This document shows positions 59,174-64,000 of a DNA stretch of 64,000 nucleotides, one piece after another (the first letter of the stretch is position 1; the number at the start of each line of letters is the position of its first letter). Source of the stretch: an uncultured archaeon (GTDB lineage Archaea > Asgardarchaeota > Thorarchaeia > Thorarchaeales > Thorarchaeaceae); assembly GCA_964610875.1 (NCBI GenBank), contig CAZSWP010000016.1:1-64000 (forward strand), read 5' to 3'. A program made the position numbers and the translations under genes. The notes beneath the pieces were generated by a model. That model saw only the letters and a program-made list of their open reading frames with translations, searched no databases and was not told where the DNA came from.

Positions 59174-60376
59174 ATGATTGACTTTTCACTTACTACGGAA
59201 CAACGGGAATTACAGAAAAAGGCACGTGAATTTGCACAAGAATACATGTTGCCTTATGCCGCATATTATGATGAAACCGGAGAGTTCCCAATGCCCATCA
59301 TCAAAAAGGCATGGGAACAGGGTCTTATGAACCTCGGAATACCTGAGGAGCTTGGTGGACCCGGTCTCGGCATTGTCGAAGCCTGCATCGTGGTTGAAGA
59401 AATGGCTGCTGGTTGTGCAGGCATGACCACCAGCATCTATGCCAATTCACTTGGACCTGAACCCATACTGATTGCTGGAAGTGATGAACAGAAGGAGAAA
59501 TATCTTCGCCCACTGATCGAAGAACCAAAACTCGCATCCTTTGCGTGCTCTGAACCCGGAATGGGTAGTGATGTTGCAGGTATAAAGACCACTGCCACAA
59601 AAAATGGAGATGAATACATCCTCAATGGTTCTAAGTTCTGGATTACTAACGCACCATATGCCGATTATTTCACAGTCTTTGCCTCACTTGACCCCAGCAA
59701 ACGACACAAGGCACTATGTGCGTTCATTGTGGATGCAGATACAGAGGGTGTCAAGACTGGACGTCCTATTGAGAAGATGGGACATAGGGCTTCAGCTACA
59801 TCTAATATTGTTTTCAGAGATGCACCAATCCCAGCTGAAAACCTTCTGGGCATGGAAGGCATGGGCTTCTTGATTGCCATGCAGACCTTTGCTATGACTC
59901 GTCCTGCAATAGCTGCATTTGCCACTGGTCTTGCTCGTGCAGCAATGGAATACGCTAGAGATTATGCCGACCGAAGAGAAGCATTCACCAAGAAACTCAA
60001 GGAATTCCAAGCAATTCAGTTCAAACTTGCAGAGATGTATATGAAAGTTGAAGCCTCTCGGATGCTCTATTTGAAAGCAGCTTGGGCTGCAGACACATCA
60101 GGTGACTCTACGGTACCTGCCTCGATAGCCAAAGCATATTCTACTGATGCTGCAATGTGGATTGCTAGTGAAGCTTTACAGATTCATGGGGGTTATGGCT
60201 ACATCAAGCAATATCCTATTGAGAAACTCTTCAGAGATGCAAAACTCTACCAGATCTATGAAGGTACCAGTGAGATCCAACGCCTGATTCTTGGGCGTCA
60301 TGTACTCGACGGATATGATCCAGCAATGGAAAAGATACCCAAATGGACGGGGCAGAAAGCACCAGACTGGGAGTAG
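59174..60376 (+). CDS. Acyl-CoA dehydrogenase
   Basis: [33 protein letters not shown]. Confidence 0.95.
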   Translation: MIDFSLTTEQRELQKKAREFAQEYMLPYAAYYDETGEFPMPIIKKAWEQGLMNLGIPEELGGPGLGIVEACIVVEEMAAGCAGMTTSIYANSLGPEPILIAGSDEQKEKYLRPLIEEPKLASFACSEPGMGSDVAGIKTTATKNGDEYILNGSKFWITNAPYADYFTVFASLDPSKRHKALCAFIVDADTEGVKTGRPIEKMGHRASATSNIVFRDAPIPAENLLGMEGMGFLIAMQTFAMTRPAIAAFATGLARAAMEYARDYADRREAFTKKLKEFQAIQFKLAEMYMKVEASRMLYLKAAWAADTSGDSTVPASIAKAYSTDAAMWIASEALQIHGGYGYIKQYPIEKLFRDAKLYQIYEGTSEIQRLILGRHVLDGYDPAMEKIPKWTGQKAPDWE

Positions 60377-60468
60377 GGCATTTTTGGCCCCTCCCTCCTC
60401 ATTTTCTTTCCGTACAATTAGATAGTCTTATATGAAGAACCTTCGAGCTCGAGTCTGAGGACATAGAA

Positions 60469-60630
60469 ATGCCCGGTTCACATGGATCACTAACAAAGGC
60501 TGGAAAGGTACGCGAGTCCACTCCTAAAGTTAAAGGGCGTGAACGTCATACTCCCATTCCTCGTGTTCGAAATAAGAGGAACTTTCAGAAGCGATTTGTA
60601 CGCGGCAGAACTGTAGGACAACAAAAGTAA
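60469..60630 (+). CDS. rps30e: 30S ribosomal protein eS30
   Basis: Not in ORF track; MPGSHGSLTKAGKVRESTPKV...PRVRNKRNF. Confidence 0.95.
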   Translation: MPGSHGSLTKAGKVRESTPKVKGRERHTPIPRVRNKRNFQKRFVRGRTVGQQK

Positions 60631-60639
60631 TCTCTGTAG

Positions 60640-60670
60640 TAGAATCTGCCAATTTTCCTAGTAGATTCTA
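60640..60670 (+). terminator. Stem-loop after rps30e
   Basis: TAGAATCTGC/GTAGATTCTA inverted repeat. Confidence 0.45.
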
Positions 60671-60897
60671 TATTCAGTATTTCATCCTAATTTTGTATTC
60701 CAACCATAAATGCAGACAGTTTCTTTTCTGATTTTAATAGAATAATTATTCATTAATTATTCCGATTGCTCTTTCCATCATCTTTTAGTGGTCACCTCTG
60801 CCATTATATAATGGGATCAAAATTAGTGAATGATTTCTATCGTACTCACGGTGGGAGATGCAATCTCTGAATGTGATTTGATTATAGGGGTGAGTGA

Positions 60898-61470
60898 ATG
60901 AAAACGAGGTTCTGGTGTACAATACTCATCTGTACTATGTTTAGCATACCACCAATATGCACAATATATACGGGACCAACATCTAGAAGCTGTTTTACTC
61001 CAAGTGATAGTTCTGGTCCTGAGTTTCTTGATGTTACCAGTCAGTTTTATGATTCTCATCAAGACATGGCACCAGTATCTGATCATCTCTTCCTACATGT
61101 CACTGTATACGATGAAGATGGTATTGACACAGTGATTGGAAGCTATAGTGAGGTAGAATCCGACACCTGGAACAACATCACGATGCAGTTTGCACAGGGC
61201 CATGGTGACGGCCAACTAGAATACAATACCACTGGTCCAAGTTATACTCTCGACCTATCTAACAGGACAAAACAGTATAATGTCCAGTATTATGCCAATG
61301 ACACCCTTGGCAACTGGAATGCGTCGGAAATCGTACTGTATTCCGACAACATTCTAGTTTATCCTAGTTCATCCTTCAGACAAATGGAGATATTGACCGT
61401 AATTTCTCTATCAGTAATTATACTAATGGTAATTAGGACCTACATTTACAGAAGAAAGAGGTCTACATGA
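60898..61470 (+). CDS. Secreted Ig-like protein with C-terminal TM anchor
   Basis: DSSGP..., YYANDTLGNW, TM plus basic tail. Confidence 0.75.
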   Translation: MKTRFWCTILICTMFSIPPICTIYTGPTSRSCFTPSDSSGPEFLDVTSQFYDSHQDMAPVSDHLFLHVTVYDEDGIDTVIGSYSEVESDTWNNITMQFAQGHGDGQLEYNTTGPSYTLDLSNRTKQYNVQYYANDTLGNWNASEIVLYSDNILVYPSSSFRQMEILTVISLSVIILMVIRTYIYRRKRST

Positions 61471-61525
61471 GATGATTTAGTCCTGAATTTTGATAGAAGA
61501 TATATTTTCTATTTTGATAACTTGT

Positions 61526-61708
61526 CTAATAATGATACCGCCTTCGGTGACGTTCAACATCATCTGTTGGCGTATTTCGCTCAATCTCATATTGTGCTTT
61601 ATCCTGAGTTTTAACGAAACCACGTTCTCTCATACTGGGAGCAAACACAACTAACAGAATAACTACGACCAGAAGTAACAGGCCACCAACCAGATAGACA
61701 TCCTGCAA
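61526..61708 (-). CDS. Small single-TM protein
   Basis: N-terminal TM; co-oriented with pyrK. Confidence 0.5.
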   Translation of the reverse strand: MQDVYLVGGLLLLVVVILLVVFAPSMRERGFVKTQDKAQYEIERNTPTDDVERHRRRYHY

Positions 61709-61782
61709 ATGAAAACCACCACAAGAATTACTTGATTTTAATCCAGATAAGGAATTTGTTTCTGCAAGTATCTATACAAACA

Positions 61783-62607
61783 TCAACAATCGTTCTTGAT
61801 ACCCATCCCATCTCTGTGATATCTGCCAAATTCTTCTATTTTCTCAAGTCTAGTTTGGTCAAATACAGGACCGTCCATACAGACCAGTTCTCCTGTGGGA
61901 TCCAGACTACAGGTCCCACAGATACCACATCCACATTTCATGTATCTCTCCAGTGATGCTTCAATTGCAATACCCTGCTCTGTAGCAAGTTTGAAGGTTA
62001 AATGCATCATCAGTTCAGGTCCACAGGTGTAAATCCTATCAAAGTCATTGTTTCTCAACAGAGTCCTGAGTGCATCCGTAGCTAATCCCTTTTGTCCCAT
62101 TGAACCATCATCAGTAGTAATCACGAGATTGAAGACTCCACTGGAAATCTTCTCCAAGTCATAGAGAATGAGCTCATCCTTTGTCTTTGCTGCCCATATT
62201 GCAGTCACTTTGATATCCTGTTCTAACAAAACCTTACAGAGAAAATACAATGGTGCTACCCCAACTCCTCCGCCTACTAGAAGAGCATGTTCATAGTCAG
62301 AAATGGTAAATGAATTACCAAAAGGCCCTCTAATACCTATCCAGTCCCCAGTCGTAAGCTTACTCAGAGCTTCTGTAGCGGGTCCAATAATCTGTACGGT
62401 AATACCCGCTGTTGGCTTCTTCCAAGATGCAACACTCATAGGTATCTCATCCACATCAGGAATCCAGACCATTACAAATTGACCTGGGAGAAAGTCCCTA
62501 TCAGGCATATCGAAATAGAGAGTGACTGCTCTAACAGACTCCTCTACGGCCTTTTTTATCTGCACAGATATTGGTGCTCCAGCTAGCTTATCCACATCCA
62601 TGGTCAT
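61783..62607 (-). CDS. pyrK: Dihydroorotate dehydrogenase electron transfer subunit
   Basis: PGQFVM, RGPFG, GGGVG, CGP, MKCGCGICGTC. Confidence 0.93.
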   Translation of the reverse strand: MTMDVDKLAGAPISVQIKKAVEESVRAVTLYFDMPDRDFLPGQFVMVWIPDVDEIPMSVASWKKPTAGITVQIIGPATEALSKLTTGDWIGIRGPFGNSFTISDYEHALLVGGGVGVAPLYFLCKVLLEQDIKVTAIWAAKTKDELILYDLEKISSGVFNLVITTDDGSMGQKGLATDALRTLLRNNDFDRIYTCGPELMMHLTFKLATEQGIAIEASLERYMKCGCGICGTCSLDPTGELVCMDGPVFDQTRLEKIEEFGRYHRDGMGIKNDC

Positions 62608-63473
62608 TTCCTCCCTGCAAGTCCCACGATATCTGATATATTCTTCAAGCCATGTTCTTCCAGATATCCTTTGACACCCTGTTTAATCTCACTAAAGACT
62701 TCTACTCCTTTGAGAAGGGCGGTCCCAATCTGAATGGCGCTTGCTCCTGCAAGATGCATCTCAACAGCATCTTCCCATGTTGTCACCCCTCCTACTCCAA
62801 CTATAGGGATGTCCAGCGCATGATACAGATCATAGATACATCTGACAGCAATAGGAAACACTGGTGGTCCTGAGAGGCCTCCTACAAGGTTTCCCAGTAC
62901 TGGTCGTTGCTGTTGAATGTCTATCTTCATAGCTCTTACAGTGTTTATTGCGACAACTGCATTAGCTCCGGCACGCTCAGCTTCTTTTCCTACCGATACA
63001 ATGTCGGATGCATTCGGTGTTATTTTTGCGAGAAGTGGAACATCGACCACATCTCGAACAGTCTTCACATAGTCATAAGTCAGGTCTGGACTGTGGGATA
63101 TTGTAGCAATCTCTGCATGTGGACATGAGAGATTCAACTCAATTGCATCAGGCCGCATCTCAATACCCTTGATGGCCACTGACCTGGTTTCTTCAGGAGT
63201 ACTTCCAAATATACTGAGCACAACAGGAACCTTGTGTGCTCGGAGTATTTCTATCTCCTCCTCGAAAGCATCGATACCTGGATTGGTGAGGCCAACAGCA
63301 TTAATCAGTCCGCCGTGGGTAGGGGTCATGACCGGTCCAGGATGTCCTTTTCTTGGGACTGGTCCAATGGACTTGGTGACTACTGCATCAGCTCCTGCAA
63401 GATAAACACGTTTCATGATGGATGCCGTAACACCTAGAATCCCTGAGGCAAGCCAATATCCTTCAATCTTCAA
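62604..63473 (-). CDS. pyrD: Dihydroorotate dehydrogenase 1B catalytic subunit
   Basis: NAVGLTNPG, ELNLSCP, KITPN, GGLSG. Confidence 0.94.
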   Translation of the reverse strand: MKIEGYWLASGILGVTASIMKRVYLAGADAVVTKSIGPVPRKGHPGPVMTPTHGGLINAVGLTNPGIDAFEEEIEILRAHKVPVVLSIFGSTPEETRSVAIKGIEMRPDAIELNLSCPHAEIATISHSPDLTYDYVKTVRDVVDVPLLAKITPNASDIVSVGKEAERAGANAVVAINTVRAMKIDIQQQRPVLGNLVGGLSGPPVFPIAVRCIYDLYHALDIPIVGVGGVTTWEDAVEMHLAGASAIQIGTALLKGVEVFSEIKQGVKGYLEEHGLKNISDIVGLAGRK

Positions 63474-63581
63474 GTTGACCCAACCTTCGACCTTGTCACA
63501 AAGGTATATGGTAATAAGCGAAGCGCCTTCGACAGACTTATCCGAAAGTCAGTCATTCATGCACTCTGGAGATGTTAACTA

Positions 63582-64000
63582 TTGGTCGTTTACCTGATAC
63601 AGACAGTGTTCGGTCTTTTCCTACTAGATGATAATGGAGAAACAAAGGCACGTGTCATTTACTATCCTGATGTCGAACGAGCCGCGAATGAGATCCGGTC
63701 TATCAATGAAGACACTGCTACTCAAGGGTTGAAAGACATGATATCTAAGATCGAGAATATTTCATTTGACTCGATCCATGTGATGAACACTGCAATGGGC
63801 CGTCTACTTGGTGATATGACCACTTATGATGTGAGTGCTGAAGAAACATCTCCTGTCATCAAGCTCTTCATTGGCACCCAAGACACACATCTCCAAAAAG
63901 AAGGCATTGTGGAATCGAAAGAAGAAGCCCAAATATTCAGACGCGACGTAGGAATTATGGTATCGCGTTCCATGATAAGCGAGGCGAGTGAGGAGAGAGA
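63582..64000 (+). CDS. nop5: Nop5 (Nop56/58) C/D sRNP protein, N-terminal part, truncated by the window edge
   Basis: MVVYLIQTVFGLFLLDDNG... ending ..SEASEER, typical of the Nop5 N-terminal domain and coiled-coil start. Confidence 0.7.
   Translation, partial: MVVYLIQTVFGLFLLDDNGETKARVIYYPDVERAANEIRSINEDTATQGLKDMISKIENISFDSIHVMNTAMGRLLGDMTTYDVSAEETSPVIKLFIGTQDTHLQKEGIVESKEEAQIFRRDVGIMVSRSMISEASEER

Noticed and set aside
62137-62150. ORB-like CTCCACTGGAAATC inside pyrK
   Set aside because: Isolated, within coding sequence and lacking the G-string.
1310-63597. Numerous short ORFs in the track overlapping identified genes
   Set aside because: Antisense or alternate-frame shadows with no recognisable motifs.

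Overview
Archaeal chromosomal segment, most consistent with an Asgard archaeon, probably Thorarchaeia. That call is an inference from eS30, PolD DP1, GINS, an RPA3-like gene, an Hdr cluster and multi-intron tRNAs; it is not a database result. Most of the window is core information-processing genes: ribosomal proteins eS31/eS24/eS6/uS15/eS1/eS30, aIF2-gamma, Rpo7/Spt4/Rpo11/TFS, pelota, DnaG, KEOPS, Orc1/Cdc6 with ORB boxes, PCNA-PriS-GINS, Csl4 and the start of Nop5. It also has an HdrABC-MvhD/NAD(P)H-oxidoreductase cluster and pyrD/pyrK. Features the ORF track does not show: (1) a three-hairpin box H/ACA guide RNA at ~14217-14484 with K-turns, ACA boxes and readable rRNA targets; (2) two paralogous micro-ORFs at the left edge carrying a DPDPD(I/A)EP(Y/F) motif; (3) tRNA-Trp and tRNA-Ser, each with two introns, tRNA-Trp having a 6-nt middle exon; (4) a 4-kb island with no integrase at tRNA-Leu, carrying a TnpB with a Fanzor-type rearranged RuvC site, a UGAUGA-rich omega-RNA region and a C39-peptidase gene pair; (5) a 313-bp internal tnpB fragment inserted into a pseudogene between TCAAT direct repeats; (6) dnaG apparently starting at ATA behind a structured leader.
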